This document shows, piece after piece, positions 24,201-34,657 of a DNA stretch of 64,000 bases. A model generated the notes under the pieces. The model saw nothing but the letters and a program-made list of their open reading frames with translations, searched no databases and was not told where the DNA came from. A program made the translations under genes and the position numbers. The stretch spans positions 1 to 64,000 of the forward strand of contig JAUCBJ010008074.1 of assembly GCA_032718475.1 (NCBI GenBank), in the 5' to 3' direction. Position 1 is the first letter of the stretch. Each line of letters starts with the position of its first letter. This DNA is from Nemertoderma westbladi. Lineage: Eukaryota > Animalia > Xenacoelomorpha.

Positions 24201-26581
24201 CAGACGAACTGAAGTATCAGCTGAGCCAGGAGGGCGCAGACACCCATACGAAGAGGGGTTACGTATCGTATATAGCAAGGATATACGATCCCCTAGGCCT
24301 AGCATCCCCATTACTAGTCACGGGGAAACAGATACTCAAGAGAGTATATAAGTTGAAGGATGAGTGGGACGTAGAGGTACCAGAAGACATCAAGAAACAG
24401 TGGAGCAAATGGACAGGAGACTTGGAGAGGATGGGAACATACAACATGCCGCGAGTGTATTTCCCGGACGGGAACATGACGAATCTGGACCTACATATGT
24501 TCTCCGACGCGTCGTTAGAGGCATACGGAGCGGCACTCTATTTAGTACAACGAGAGGGGCCTCACAAGCCCAGACTAGCCTTTAGCAAAGCTAAGTCAAC
24601 GCCGCCAGATTCAGCATCTGTTCCCAAGTTAGAATTGACAGCCGCGAGACTAGGAGTTAGAGCCACAGCCTACCTAGTGGATACAATTCCCAACATAGTG
24701 GAGACACACTACTGGACGGACTCCATGGTAGTGCTTGGTTGGCTACACAACGAAAAGACGAGGTACCCGATATTCGTCGCGAATAGAGTGGACGAAATAA
24801 GGGCGAGCACAGAACTGGAAAGGTGGCACTACTGCCCAACAGACGAGAACCCAGCGGACTTGCTGTCGAGGGGCGTGGAACGCCACACTTTCTTAAAGAA
24901 AGAAGCATTGTGGCAACACGGGCCACAATTTCTGAGCGATAGGGAGGCCTGGCCGCCGATGAGGAAGGTGGACCCGGGCTCGGAAGTAGTATCAGAAGGA
25001 GAAGAGGGAGATTCAGAGGGAGAAGAGATATACTCCCAGATGGTGAGGGAGATCAGGGACGTGCAACCAGGAAGGGAACTGTGCGATAACCCGACGGATA
25101 AACTCCTCAGCTACAGTTCTAGTTGGTATAAGACCAAGAAACTAGTGGCGTACTGGAGAGCCTTTGGGAATTTCCTTGCGGGAGTCGGCAAGGACAAGAA
25201 GACCAGGACAACCATAGATCTGGAAGGAGCGGCCAAGGCAGTGATCCGCTATGAACAACGCAAGAACTACGGCGACGAGGTGGAACGTGTCGGTAACCAA
25301 CAACATCTCCGACGGGATAGCGAGCTGATCACGCTGTCGCCACAACTCAACGAGGATGGGATCCTAGTAATGAATTCTAGGGTGGGATATAACAACAGTA
25401 TAGTCGTACCACCGAAACCCATCATCATTCCCACAGGATCGCCCATAGTCCACCAGATCATATGGGACTCCCACAAATCGATACTGCATGGGGGCACCAA
25501 CCGAACCCTCACAGAGATAAGGAGGACCTATTGGGTCAAACAATTAAGGAAGAAGGTGAAAGCGGTAGTGGGACAGTGTCAGACCTGCCGACGAGCGAAG
25601 AAGGAGCGAGCCGTACAGGAGATGGCGCCACTACCGGCGAGTAGGGTAAAACAGCACGACCCGCCATTTACACATTGCGGTGTGGACATGTTCGGGCCGA
25701 TAAAGATCAAGGTGATGCGACACACGGAGAAACGCTACGGTATTATCTTCGTATGCAACAACACGCGGGCGGTAGGGATAGAACTCGCCCAAGATGCAAC
25801 CGCATCAGCCTTCATTAACGCCTTAGAAAGGTTTAGGGACCGCAAAGGTGGGACGATCGCAGTGATATACAGCGACAACGGCACCAACTTTGTGGGCGCA
25901 GAGAGTGAGATGGCAGAGGCCTTAGAAATCTTGGAGGGAGAAGAAGTCAGGGCGGCCATGAGAAGACGACAAGTGAAGTGGGAGAGAAGGACGCCGTATG
26001 CACCACATACGTTAGGATGCGTCGAGAGACTCGTGGGCAGTTCAAAACGTCTAATGACGAAGCTGATGAACACCCACATGGTCACTGAAGACGTCTTACG
26101 GACAGTACTTGCGAAGTGCGAGGGGATAATTAATAGCAGACCGCTATACCCGGAGAATGATGACCCTGAGTCATTAGATGTGCTGACGCCTAGCCATTTC
26201 CTCATGGAAAGGCCAGCGACCATAGATATGCGGGGTGTAGACCCAGATGATATACACTCCCGCCAAAGTTGGAAAGTAGCTAAAGCAATTAGCGCAGAGT
26301 ATTGGAGGAGGTGGGTAGAAGAATACCTACCCACGCTCCATAAGCGAAGCAAGTGGAGGAAGCCAAATAGGGAGTTGAGAGAGGGAGATCTCGTAATCGT
26401 CACGGATGATACTATCATCAACAACCAATGGCGGTTGGCGAGAGTTGTAGGCACCTACTCCGACAGGGACGGAAGAGTCCGATCGGTAGAAGTGCGGATA
26501 GGTGGAAAGATAGGTGCGAAAGACAGAAAAACCTACAGGAGAGCAGTAGGTAAATGCTGTCTTCTAGAAGGGGCACCTTAA
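21191..26581 (+). CDS. BEL/Pao Gag-Pol (gag core, Zn knuckle, protease, RT, RNase H/Pao domain, integrase)
   Basis: KFDG..EY..F gag core, CSRCVKSGHKAREC, LVDSGA, FYVDD, FSDAS..AYG, PKLEL, WTDS, NPADLLSRG, HGG..CQTC, GVDMFGP, SDNGTNF, ERLV, LTPSHFL. Confidence 0.95.
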   Translation: MYGPQHININPSTRHTGGGGQGDIPPSQYQQYTPTGTRTTRPLDENRSCDTDIWRGPLPPMTYPSQRRSRSRTDEPHQTGETIQHPSNPLEAQAMGMATLIDALKTRIELPPVEPFKFDGSRPEEYLQFRRMYSNEILTKNLTQAECLKYLQVYTGGPAYDIVRQYQGIEGGFTTAWRALDREYGHPAKIIRQTLRGITSGGLQDNPVSIKTFANKVEKALIVLKTLDAPYELNASNNITTIAQALPSWLRNKWRKVAFSTRDKKGAEPGLEEMSNFLNYEAELITDPVYSEDSLGKGPKTDHYRPKPEHNTSNALPRLRQSLPYAATQGTASPQTSEDRTTSRDGQGNNNNMNKHNPSTSSRSNPVNKNSRDFGTNITAIRNALYKEGYDPKSKCQLHANALHKTMNCRYWQALPRQDQIDYASSNKICSRCVKSGHKARECQEKPVKFGQRRGQTMATSTVGAKKRGTVLLGVVPVRVIGEGNRSVTTLMLVDSGAAFTLVEEWVAEEIGLRTRPSRMAVTTISSKDEILEMRTGRCAIAAVAPGCDYGATIDPIQVIESININARRPTNIEVEQYKFLDNIDFSIPDVDVRKVSIIVGMDCPTAHERMQTVFGEDKQSDPVAILTPFGWTLSGPIKSKIPFRMSETSGCMFAGTMQEMGDEGAEEQLKRLLRQDFEGLKETGVGTSVEDKQALQSVEETMTCDEGRYTIGMVWKLPKIPLPDNRGMVLTRLRKLKQTLQRSPEKNEYIHKTIKKYVEKGWAVELPVDEPNTDRTYYLPLHVALDPKKGKLRMVVDASAKTDGKCLNDYLLEGPNIYNSGIEVLLRFRNGKHAFTCDIEGMFNQVRVTEEDSDSQRFLWYNGEEEPPVIPAYKMVVQNMGAKSSSFTTTMAVRDTVKGKEDRYSSRAVDMIRRGFYVDDGMESGNTVEEILETGREVRDILKGSGFNLTKFQSSSEEFIREIEDKKPESTMDNPTTAKGQDMAIKRTESQQKALGIVWDRKTDELKYQLSQEGADTHTKRGYVSYIARIYDPLGLASPLLVTGKQILKRVYKLKDEWDVEVPEDIKKQWSKWTGDLERMGTYNMPRVYFPDGNMTNLDLHMFSDASLEAYGAALYLVQREGPHKPRLAFSKAKSTPPDSASVPKLELTAARLGVRATAYLVDTIPNIVETHYWTDSMVVLGWLHNEKTRYPIFVANRVDEIRASTELERWHYCPTDENPADLLSRGVERHTFLKKEALWQHGPQFLSDREAWPPMRKVDPGSEVVSEGEEGDSEGEEIYSQMVREIRDVQPGRELCDNPTDKLLSYSSSWYKTKKLVAYWRAFGNFLAGVGKDKKTRTTIDLEGAAKAVIRYEQRKNYGDEVERVGNQQHLRRDSELITLSPQLNEDGILVMNSRVGYNNSIVVPPKPIIIPTGSPIVHQIIWDSHKSILHGGTNRTLTEIRRTYWVKQLRKKVKAVVGQCQTCRRAKKERAVQEMAPLPASRVKQHDPPFTHCGVDMFGPIKIKVMRHTEKRYGIIFVCNNTRAVGIELAQDATASAFINALERFRDRKGGTIAVIYSDNGTNFVGAESEMAEALEILEGEEVRAAMRRRQVKWERRTPYAPHTLGCVERLVGSSKRLMTKLMNTHMVTEDVLRTVLAKCEGIINSRPLYPENDDPESLDVLTPSHFLMERPATIDMRGVDPDDIHSRQSWKVAKAISAEYWRRWVEEYLPTLHKRSKWRKPNRELREGDLVIVTDDTIINNQWRLARVVGTYSDRDGRVRSVEVRIGGKIGAKDRKTYRRAVGKCCLLEGAP

Positions 26582-26694
26582 ATTAGAGTTAGTGTGAAGT
26601 TTAGTCGTCCAAGTTTTGGACTGAGGGGGGTGGGATTGAGGGCGAGACACCCTTCCCACACAAATAAAATAAAATAAAACAAAAATAAATAAAA

Positions 26695-27210
26695 GTTAGT
26701 TAGTTAGTAGGTACGTAGTACCTAGAGTTAGTTAGTTAGTAGGTACGTAGTACCTAGAGTTAGTTAGTTAGTAGGTACGTAGTACCTAGAGTTAGTTAGT
26801 TAGTAGGTACGTAGTACCTAGAGTTAGTTAGTTAGTAGGTACGTAGTACCTAGTTAGAGTTAGAGGGTACGTAGTACCTAGTTAGAGTTAGAGGGTACGT
26901 AAAGCCTAGTTAGAGTTAGAGGGTAGGTAGTACCGATAGTTAGAGAGTTAGTAGGTACGTAGTACCTAGTTAGAGTTAGAGTTAGAGGGTACGTAATGCC
27001 TAGTTAGAGTTAGAGTTAGAGGGTAGGTAGTACCGATAGTTAGAGAGTTAGTAGGTACGTAGTACCTAGTTAGAGTTAGAGTTAGAGGGTACGTAATGCC
27101 TAGTTAGAGTTAGAGTTAGAGGGTAGGTAGTACCGATAGAGTTAGAGTTAGTAGGTACGTGGTACCTAGTTAGAGTTAGAGTTAGAGGGTACGTAGTACC
27201 GATAGTTAGA
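26695..27210. repeat. Tandem repeat spacer between pol and the extra ORF (GTTAGTTAGTTAGTAGGTACGTAGTACCTAGA and variants)
   Basis: Directly visible. Each unit contains the dyad TAGGTAC..GTACCTA. Confidence 0.9.
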
Positions 27211-27718
27211 AAGAGAGAGTAAGAGGTAAAAGGGGTAAAAAAAAATAGGATATAGATATTAGATAGCAGTAAGTAGAGTTAGTAGCGAGAGGGGGGCATA
27301 TGAGTGCAGCTGGATAAATCGTGTGGCCACACGACGCATACGGCTGTACTGCATAGGCCCACTGAGTAGGCCAGAATATGGATCAGAGAGAGAATAGAAT
27401 AAATCCATAGGCAGTAGTAAGTAGTAGGACAGTAGAATCAAAGAAAAATAAATAAATAAATAGAATAGGGCTAAAATCGGAAAATAGTGGTAACACAAGG
27501 AAAGTCGTTCTAGAACATAATAAAAGTAACGGACGGAAATTGTAAATTAGGCTGATTTACTAGCTCCGAAATTAATTAGATTAAATTAAGCTTGAAAGGC
27601 GCAGTTAAGTAGAAAAGCAGGCCATTATCGAACTGTAAGAAACATCTTAGTACATCACTCATCTGTATTGCGCCTTGGTAAGGCACCACCCTACAGGTGA
27701 GCGAGTGTAGTGTTCGGA

Positions 27719-30253
27719 ATGGCGAGTAAGCTGATCAGGAAGAGAAAAGCGGAGTCGGGAGGAAAAGAAATATTGGTGGATTTCACCGAAAGACACCCGG
27801 AGGAGAAGACGAGAGGATACTACGAGAGGTTGGAAAGGGGTCACGCGGCACGAGCGCTGCAGGATCACTTCCGGGAGGCGCACGAACAGCGGTTGGTCGG
27901 GACCTACGGGACGCCGTCGCTGGATAACGCGATCTTCCAACACTTCCACTACGTGGTGAAAGGAGACGAGGCGAAGTTCGGGATTCCGAAGTATCCGAGG
28001 GAATCGCCGAGGAAGGACTGGAAAAGATTCATAGAGTCCGTCAACAGAGGAGGATATATGATCCTAGATGACGAGGGAACCGTGGAAGACGAAGCGGGTT
28101 CGAGACGAGGAACGGCAGGGTCGGCCAGGACCATACTCTTGCATTTGGCAGCGCCAAATGGGGACATCTTCTTATTCGACCTAGGGACGTATGGGAAGAA
28201 GGACGGGCCGAAATTAGACCGACTGCCGAAAGCGGTACAGGTCTTAGTAAGAGAGAAGTCGACGACGAAAGTGGGATCGGCGATTCGCGAGGACGCGGAG
28301 AGGATCATCGGTCCGGACGCCACCAACCTCCTGGATATGCAGAAAGTCTTTATGGCTATGACGGCACCGGATGGATTGGGGGTGGTCGAGAACTCAGGCC
28401 AATGCGGGGCGGTGGCGATGGGCCAATTATTGGGGCTCGTATGCCACAAACCAATGGATTGGGGGAAGTTTAGGGAAGAATACGGAGCGGAACTAGCGAA
28501 CTCGCTGAAGTGGGGAGCGAGACCGGGAAAGCAGGAGGTATATCAGTTTCGCAGAGGAGCGATAAAGGTATATCAGAAGCGATATATCCTGCAGGAGGAC
28601 TGGATGATGATAAGTTTACTTAACTTATTCATGACCGTAGTTATCGAAAGGGAACCAGGGGCATTTCTGTTATCGGGATCACCCCTAAGCTACAGGAGAG
28701 CCTTTAAGACGGCCTTTGACGGTCTGGTAGACCACCCGGGGCTGAAGGGCGAGTCGGTGTACTACAACAGCCGACATCTGGTAGATGGGGAAACGGATAC
28801 ACCGTATCAGAGATGGGAGCAGCTAGAGATGGATAGACGGGAAGCAAAGCGACTGGAAGAAGTCGCTAGACGGGAGAGGATAGAAGCAGAGGAGAGGGAA
28901 GAGGAGGCCAGGACACAGAGTTATGGCTTCGAGGAACAGGCGGGCCTAGACGAGCTTCATTGGACTTCGTCAGGGAGTTCGGGGGAGTCTCTAGGGCGAG
29001 AATTGGGATGGACGGTGGGATCGCCGAAACAGTCGACGTCGGGGTTGCAAACGATGCCCATACCAGCGGGCGCCGAGGGCGACCAACCGCCAAGGAAGTT
29101 AAGGGAGCTAGAGGGATGGAGAGCTACGGGCGAAAGCCAAGGCGGAAAGGGACATAGTGGATCCGTCGGGATACCGGGATTGGAGACGCTACCGGAAGAA
29201 GAGGACGACGACGACGAATTCGGAGAGATGCCGCCCATCGAGAGAATAGGCCACTCGGACACGGACTGGGTTGGCGGAAGGGTGGTGACGGCCAGTGGGG
29301 CGAGGGCCTTCTGGAACAGATCCGGCAAGCGGACCTGGGTGCACGAGGGGCCGGCGATGGATTTCGCAGGGAGCACCATCAGGTTGGGCGAGCAACCGGG
29401 GACGGCACCACGGATAGTATTCGGGGAGACGATGCCCGAGAGGGGCGGAGAGATCGACGTAAACAGGGAGAGCAACGTGGAGAAGTTTGCCTACCAGCGA
29501 CTCCATAGACCGCGGAGATCGCTTGGGACAAAGGACGAGGTGGGACGCGAGACATTGGTACTCGGCTGCGACTACTGTGGGAGACAGACCCATCAGGAAA
29601 GCAGCTGCCTATACCGGTTCCAACGGGGAACCTTTTGTCTCTATTGTAGAGAACCAAGTCACAGGATGGGGGCGTGTCCACGGTTGCATAACCGATGTCC
29701 AAAGTGCCACTTTCGGGGACACTACGGACGCGAGTGCGACTGGATGAGCGACGAGGAGAAGTTCACAAGGTTCGAGGAGTGGGCCGACGTCGGGGCCATG
29801 ACGCGCCAGCGCATGAAGGCCCAAGAGTTCAAGTGGGGTTTCTTCCTCATAAACCAGGAGACCCACATGGAAATCATAAAGCGAAGGTTACCGTTTACCT
29901 ATCAAGAGGTAGCTACGGCGGCATCGTTCGCCGGAGTTATGAACACGCAACGGTACCTGGACAGGTGGACACCAGAGAACCGGAGGGAGTTTAGGGATTT
30001 CTTGGCGGAACACGTACCAAAGGCAATGAAGATGATCCTATGGGACGCCACACGAGGGAAACAACCAGGCCATTCTGAGGGGCCACCGGCGAAGCGGTAT
30101 CGGGCTTTAATAACACCAGCGCCCAAGGAGCCGACGACCGGGATCAGCAAGGAAGTGGCAGCGAAGGTCCGGAAGCAGAAAGCGGATGATGCCAGAGGAA
30201 CAGTGATAACCAAGAAACGGGCCAGGGAGGAGGACGTGAGGAGGTACAGATGA
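27719..30253 (+). CDS. Extra ORF of BEL element 1: DEDDy (WRN/EXD/Mut-7-like) 3'-5' exonuclease-like domain plus three CCHC zinc knuckles
   Basis: Intact ORF of about 844 aa between pol and the 3' LTR. Motifs: ILDDEG, LHLAAPNGDIFLFDL, LPKAVQVLV...KVGSAIRED, LLDMQ, QKRYILQED, then three Cx2Cx4Hx4C. Confidence 0.75.
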   Translation: MASKLIRKRKAESGGKEILVDFTERHPEEKTRGYYERLERGHAARALQDHFREAHEQRLVGTYGTPSLDNAIFQHFHYVVKGDEAKFGIPKYPRESPRKDWKRFIESVNRGGYMILDDEGTVEDEAGSRRGTAGSARTILLHLAAPNGDIFLFDLGTYGKKDGPKLDRLPKAVQVLVREKSTTKVGSAIREDAERIIGPDATNLLDMQKVFMAMTAPDGLGVVENSGQCGAVAMGQLLGLVCHKPMDWGKFREEYGAELANSLKWGARPGKQEVYQFRRGAIKVYQKRYILQEDWMMISLLNLFMTVVIEREPGAFLLSGSPLSYRRAFKTAFDGLVDHPGLKGESVYYNSRHLVDGETDTPYQRWEQLEMDRREAKRLEEVARRERIEAEEREEEARTQSYGFEEQAGLDELHWTSSGSSGESLGRELGWTVGSPKQSTSGLQTMPIPAGAEGDQPPRKLRELEGWRATGESQGGKGHSGSVGIPGLETLPEEEDDDDEFGEMPPIERIGHSDTDWVGGRVVTASGARAFWNRSGKRTWVHEGPAMDFAGSTIRLGEQPGTAPRIVFGETMPERGGEIDVNRESNVEKFAYQRLHRPRRSLGTKDEVGRETLVLGCDYCGRQTHQESSCLYRFQRGTFCLYCREPSHRMGACPRLHNRCPKCHFRGHYGRECDWMSDEEKFTRFEEWADVGAMTRQRMKAQEFKWGFFLINQETHMEIIKRRLPFTYQEVATAASFAGVMNTQRYLDRWTPENRREFRDFLAEHVPKAMKMILWDATRGKQPGHSEGPPAKRYRALITPAPKEPTTGISKEVAAKVRKQKADDARGTVITKKRAREEDVRRYR

Positions 30254-31498
30254 GTTCCCGGAGGCGAGGGAATGAGACTGAGACTGGGACGTGGTGCGCC
30301 TGGAAGGTGCCGCATGTAACGTACGAACTATTAAGTATAAATTTAATTAATGCAAATAACTATATAAGTGCAATTTGTATGTACGTACGTAGTGATTAGC
30401 AGTAAAATACATACGTTTGGAGTAAGTACTATAGTCATGCAACCTTTCTCAATTAGCTACTGGGACTGGGGGACAATTGACTATGGCACTATGGACGAGA
30501 CAACTGACAATTTCACACTTCTTGAGTGCGGCGGCACGAGAGGGGGGGGAGGTTCGTCAGGAGAGATAAAACAGTCAAAGTGGACTTGGGAACCGGAATA
30601 AGAGTGTAAAGTGCGGAGAGAGTGCGAACGCAATTCTAGTGTGGGGGGGGGGAGAATAAGAGGCTGAGTGAGGGACGAGGAGGTCCGGGGGTATGAGAGA
30701 GTTAGGGTGAGAGTAGAGGGGAGATAGGGCGAAAGTGTTGGGGAAACAAAAGTTGCGTGGGAGGCGAGCGCGACCGGCCCGACATGAGACGCCAGGCACA
30801 CAGGGTAGCGATATCATACCCATAGGGGGCGGCCTGGAAAGCCGACCCCGAGAGAAAAGAATTCCACCCCACACCCGATATTAGATCGGGATCCAGCGGG
30901 ATTGTAGCGCACTTTTTTGGTTGATGCTATCTTCTTACCGGGAAGATAGCATGGGGGGGAGTGTTAGCTTATTCAATCCCGCCAACACCCCATAAAGTTA
31001 TTAGCCGATAAGCAATATTGGGAGCCGCGAGATTGGGTAATTAACCAACTCACGCCATCCCAATAAGAATGGGAAGGAAGCACACAATAGAGGGTCAGGG
31101 GCCAAACCCCTAACCCAGAGAACAGGTGGAGTGAACGGGAATACTCCACGGGGCGCCAACAAGGGTATTAACCAATCAGAGGCGGGAATGGCATCGATTG
31201 AGTAGCAGTAAGGCCACCGTGCAATATAACCAATAACCTATTAATCAGTGATTCAGTTATCTCAAGTGCAGCAGTGCTAGCGTAGGGTACAGCCAATTAG
31301 TTTAGTTAGGGGATCACGGGACTTTAGTTACCGTATCCCGCCTTGTACACATTCACAATATATCTATATCTTATAACCTCCTATTATACACCGAACTTCA
31401 GAACTCAGTCACTTTATTTCATCCTTATACACGGCGGGGACGCGTGGACTAAATTACCACAACCGGATAAATCGGGATCCCCCTTGGATCCCGTCACA

Positions 31499-32920
31499 GA
31501 GGGGTCCCTGTCTGGTGGAGGGAGGGAGTCCCTGACTGGTGGAGGGAGGGAGGGAGGAAGGGGTCCCTGTCTGGTGGAGGGAGGGAGGGAGGGAGGGGTC
31601 CCTGTCTGGTGGTGGAGGGAGGGGTCCCTGTCTGGTGGAGGGAGGGAGGGGTCCCTGTCTGGTGGAGGGAGGGAGGGGTCCCTGTCTGGCGGAGGGAGGG
31701 AGGGGTCGCTGTCTGGTGGAGGGAGGGAGTCCCTGTCTGGTGGAGGGAGGGAGTCCCTGTCTGGTGGAGGGAGGGGTCCCTGTCTGGTGGTGGAGGGAGG
31801 GGTCCCTGTCTGGTGCTGGAGGGAGGGGTCCCTGTCTGGTGGAGGGAGGGAGTCCCTGTCTGGTGGAGGGAGGGAGTCCCTGACTGGTGGAGGGAGGGAG
31901 GGGTCCCTGTCTGGTGGTGGAGGGAGGGAGGGAGGGAGGGGTCCCTGTCTGGTGGTGGAGGGAGGGGTCCCTGTCTGGTGGTGGAGGGAGGGGTCCCTGT
32001 CTGGTGGAGGGAGGGAGTCCCTGTCTGGTGGAGGGAGGGAGGGGTCCCTGTCTGGTGGTGGAGGGAGGGAGGGAGGGGTCCCTGTCTGGTGGTGGAGGGT
32101 GGGGTCCCTGTCTGGTGGAGGGAGGGAGTCCCTGTCTGGTGGAGGGAGGGATTGGTCCCTCTCTGGTGGTGGAGGGAGGGAGGGAGGGGTCCCTGTCTGG
32201 TGGAGGGAGGGAGTCCCTGTCTGGTGGAGGTGAAGGAGGGAGGAAGGGGTCCCTGTCTGGTGGAGGGAGGGAGGGAGGGAGGGAGGGAGGGGTCCCTGTC
32301 TGGTGGTGGAGGGAGGGGTCCCTGTCTGGTGGAGGGAGGGAGGGGTCCCTGTCTGGTGGTGGGAGGGAGGGGTCCCTGTCTGGCGGAGGGAGGGAGGGGT
32401 CCCTGTCTGGTGGAGGGAGGGAGTCCCTGTCTGGTGGAGGGAGGGAGTCCCTGTCTGGTGGAGGGAGGGGTCCCTGTCTGGTGGTGGAGGGAGGGGTCCC
32501 TGTCTGGTGCTGGAGGGAGGGGTCCCTGTCTGGTGGAGGGAGGGAGTCCCTGTCTGGTGGAGGGAGGGAGTCCCTGACTGGTGGAGGGAGGGAGGGGTCC
32601 CTGTCTGGTGGTGGAGGGAGGGAGAGAGGGGTCCCTGTCTGGTGGAGGGAGGGAGGAAGGGGTACCTGTCTGGTGGTGGAGGGAGGGGTCCCTGTCTGGT
32701 GGAGGGAGGGAGTCCCTCTCTGGTGGAGGGAGGGAGGGGTCCCTGTCTGGTGGTGGAGGGTGGGGTCCCTGTCTGGTGGAGGGAGGGAGTCCCTGTCTGG
32801 TGGAGGGAGGGATTGGTCCCTCTCTGGTGGTGGAGGGAGGGAGGGAGGGGTCCCTGTCTGGTGGAGGGAGGGAGTCCCTGTCTGGTGGAGGGAAGGAGGG
32901 GTCCCTGTCTGGTGGTGGTG
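31499..32920. repeat. G/A-rich minisatellite, right part
   Basis: Same unit as 16202-17394, resuming after the TSD. Confidence 0.97.
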
Positions 32921-33133
32921 TGAGTTTCTTTTTTCGAGGGGCTTCAAAGAAATCAGGAATATAAATAGTAAATTTTATTTAGAAAATAACCAATCAATGT
33001 ATAATTGAAACTGGACTTTCGATCTATGTAACAACTCTTTAAGTAATCGAAACTTTAAAATTAATTCGCCATCGGTGAGGATTGAATCCGCGTCTACCAA
33101 TAATTATACAAACAATAAATTATCTCTCCCCAG

Positions 33134-33446
33134 TGTTACCGCGGCTATCTTATAGTGATCGCCCGAGACACAAAGACTCTCCCGAGTATACGACCCGGGG
33201 TCTACAAGGAGATGTTTATCGTTTCGATCTACGACATACAACACAAATTCGTCGCCTACTCCGCACCCATGTCCGGTGTGTCCGAGGTCCTCTGTGAATG
33301 GGGCTCGCTGTATATACTAACATCGGACAACCATCTGGTACAACTGGTAGAGAAGGATACCCAGAGTAAACTAGAGTTGTTGTTTAAGAAGAATCTATAC
33401 GATGTTGCTATTCAACTCGCTAAGTCTCAGCAGTTTAATCATAATG
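33134..33446 (+). CDS. VPS11: VPS11 exon 3
   Basis: Acceptor CCCCAG|TGT. Encodes YRGYLIVI...IYDIQHKFVAYS...CEWGSLY...EKDTQSKLELLFKKNLY. Donor G|GTAAGC, phase 1. Confidence 0.93.
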
Positions 33447-33530
33447 GTAAGCAGAAGCACCATGGGAATTTACTGAATAAAATTTTTATGAGATTTTACC
33501 GTGCGGAGGGGTAAGAACAATCTTTTCGAG

Positions 33531-33808
33531 GCCCATGTGAAGAATACCACCAGACTTTCTGCCGTTATATTTCACTTTGCAGTTACCCCAATGTGAAGAA
33601 TACCAGGTTTTCACCAAAACCACAGGTTACAGAAGGGCTGAATCTATCCAAAACAATAAACGAATTAGTATATGTACAGGTTATAAGACAGAAATAAGCG
33701 CTATAAAACACTTAATAAAGATAAATTAAAAAAAAAAAAAATCTTCATATATAAAATTCCAATAAAAAATCGACCGAAAAGTGAAATCCTGGTATTCTTC
33801 ACATGGGC
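33531..33808. mobile_element. Small MITE-like inverted-repeat element in intron 3
   Basis: 19-bp inverted repeat GCCCATGTGAAGAATACCA / TGGTATTCTTCACATGGGC, with an internal partial copy near 33588. No clear TSD. Confidence 0.55.
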
Positions 33809-34346
33809 GCTTTGCGATTTTTGTATAACGGGAGAAATAACGGAGAATGTCAAAACAATAAAATGTAATAAATATGTTTTATTAGTTATTTACTTTTATT
33901 GTTTTGGTTGTAATTTTCTAAAAATCATTGTCTTTCGTTTGGCGCATTTTACCCTTTTTTTAACTATTTATCCTTTGGTTGATACTGTCTGCTATTTTAC
34001 TACCAATTTTACCGACATTGTCTACACCATATTATTAAGCATTATTGGTTCCAAAGGTGTTTACGACGATAATTATGTCCAAAACAAAAAGTGTACATAA
34101 ATATAAATGAATCAGAATGGTTAGAGCGTCAGACGTCCAACTCGGTGGTCACCAGTTCGATCCCACCTGGACGTCATTGTCGACATTGCAAAAGCTGTAC
34201 CCAACAATAAGTTATAATAAAATATAAAGGGAAATTAGGGAAATTGTTTTGGTTAGATTCAAGCACTATTGTAATCTCCTCTACTAAAATGGATGTAAAA
34301 TCACACTAGGCTATAATAAACATTTTCTAAACTATCTTTTGCGCAG

Positions 34347-34657
34347 CTCTGGTTGACATTTACCGCCAATACGGCGACCATCTCTACTCCAAGGGCGATT
34401 ACGACGCCTCCATAACCCAATACGTAAAGACAATAGGCCGACTCGAGGCCTCCTATGTTATACGTAAATTCCTGGACTCCCAGCGGATACACAACCTAAC
34501 TATGTACTTACAGCACCTACATAGGGACGGCTGTGCCACAGAGGACCACACCACCCTGTTACTCAACTGCTACACGAAACTCAAAGACAACATCAAACTC
34601 GATTCGTTTATAATGACAGACAGAGAGGCGGACTTCGATGTTGAGACGGGAATTAAG
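34347..34657 (+). CDS. VPS11: VPS11 exon 4
   Basis: Acceptor GCGCAG|CT. Encodes QYGDHLYSKGDY...SYVIRKFLDSQRIHNL...DHTTLLLNCYTKLKD. Donor AAG|GTAAAT. Confidence 0.94.

Larger units (their letters stand above)
17395..31498 (+). mobile_element. Full-length BEL/Pao LTR retrotransposon (element 1) in VPS11 intron 2
   Basis: 537-bp TG...CA LTRs (17395-17931, 30962-31498; about 3 differences seen), 5-bp TSD GAGGG, G-rich PPT at 30953-30961, and BEL-type gag-pol. Confidence 0.96.

Noticed and set aside
27719-30253. env gene
   Set aside because: No evident signal peptide, fusion-protein Cys pattern or C-terminal membrane anchor. The motifs fit an exonuclease plus zinc knuckles.
34110-34175. tRNA gene in intron 3
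   Set aside because: Only A- and B-box-like remnants with no cloverleaf. Probably a decayed SINE head.
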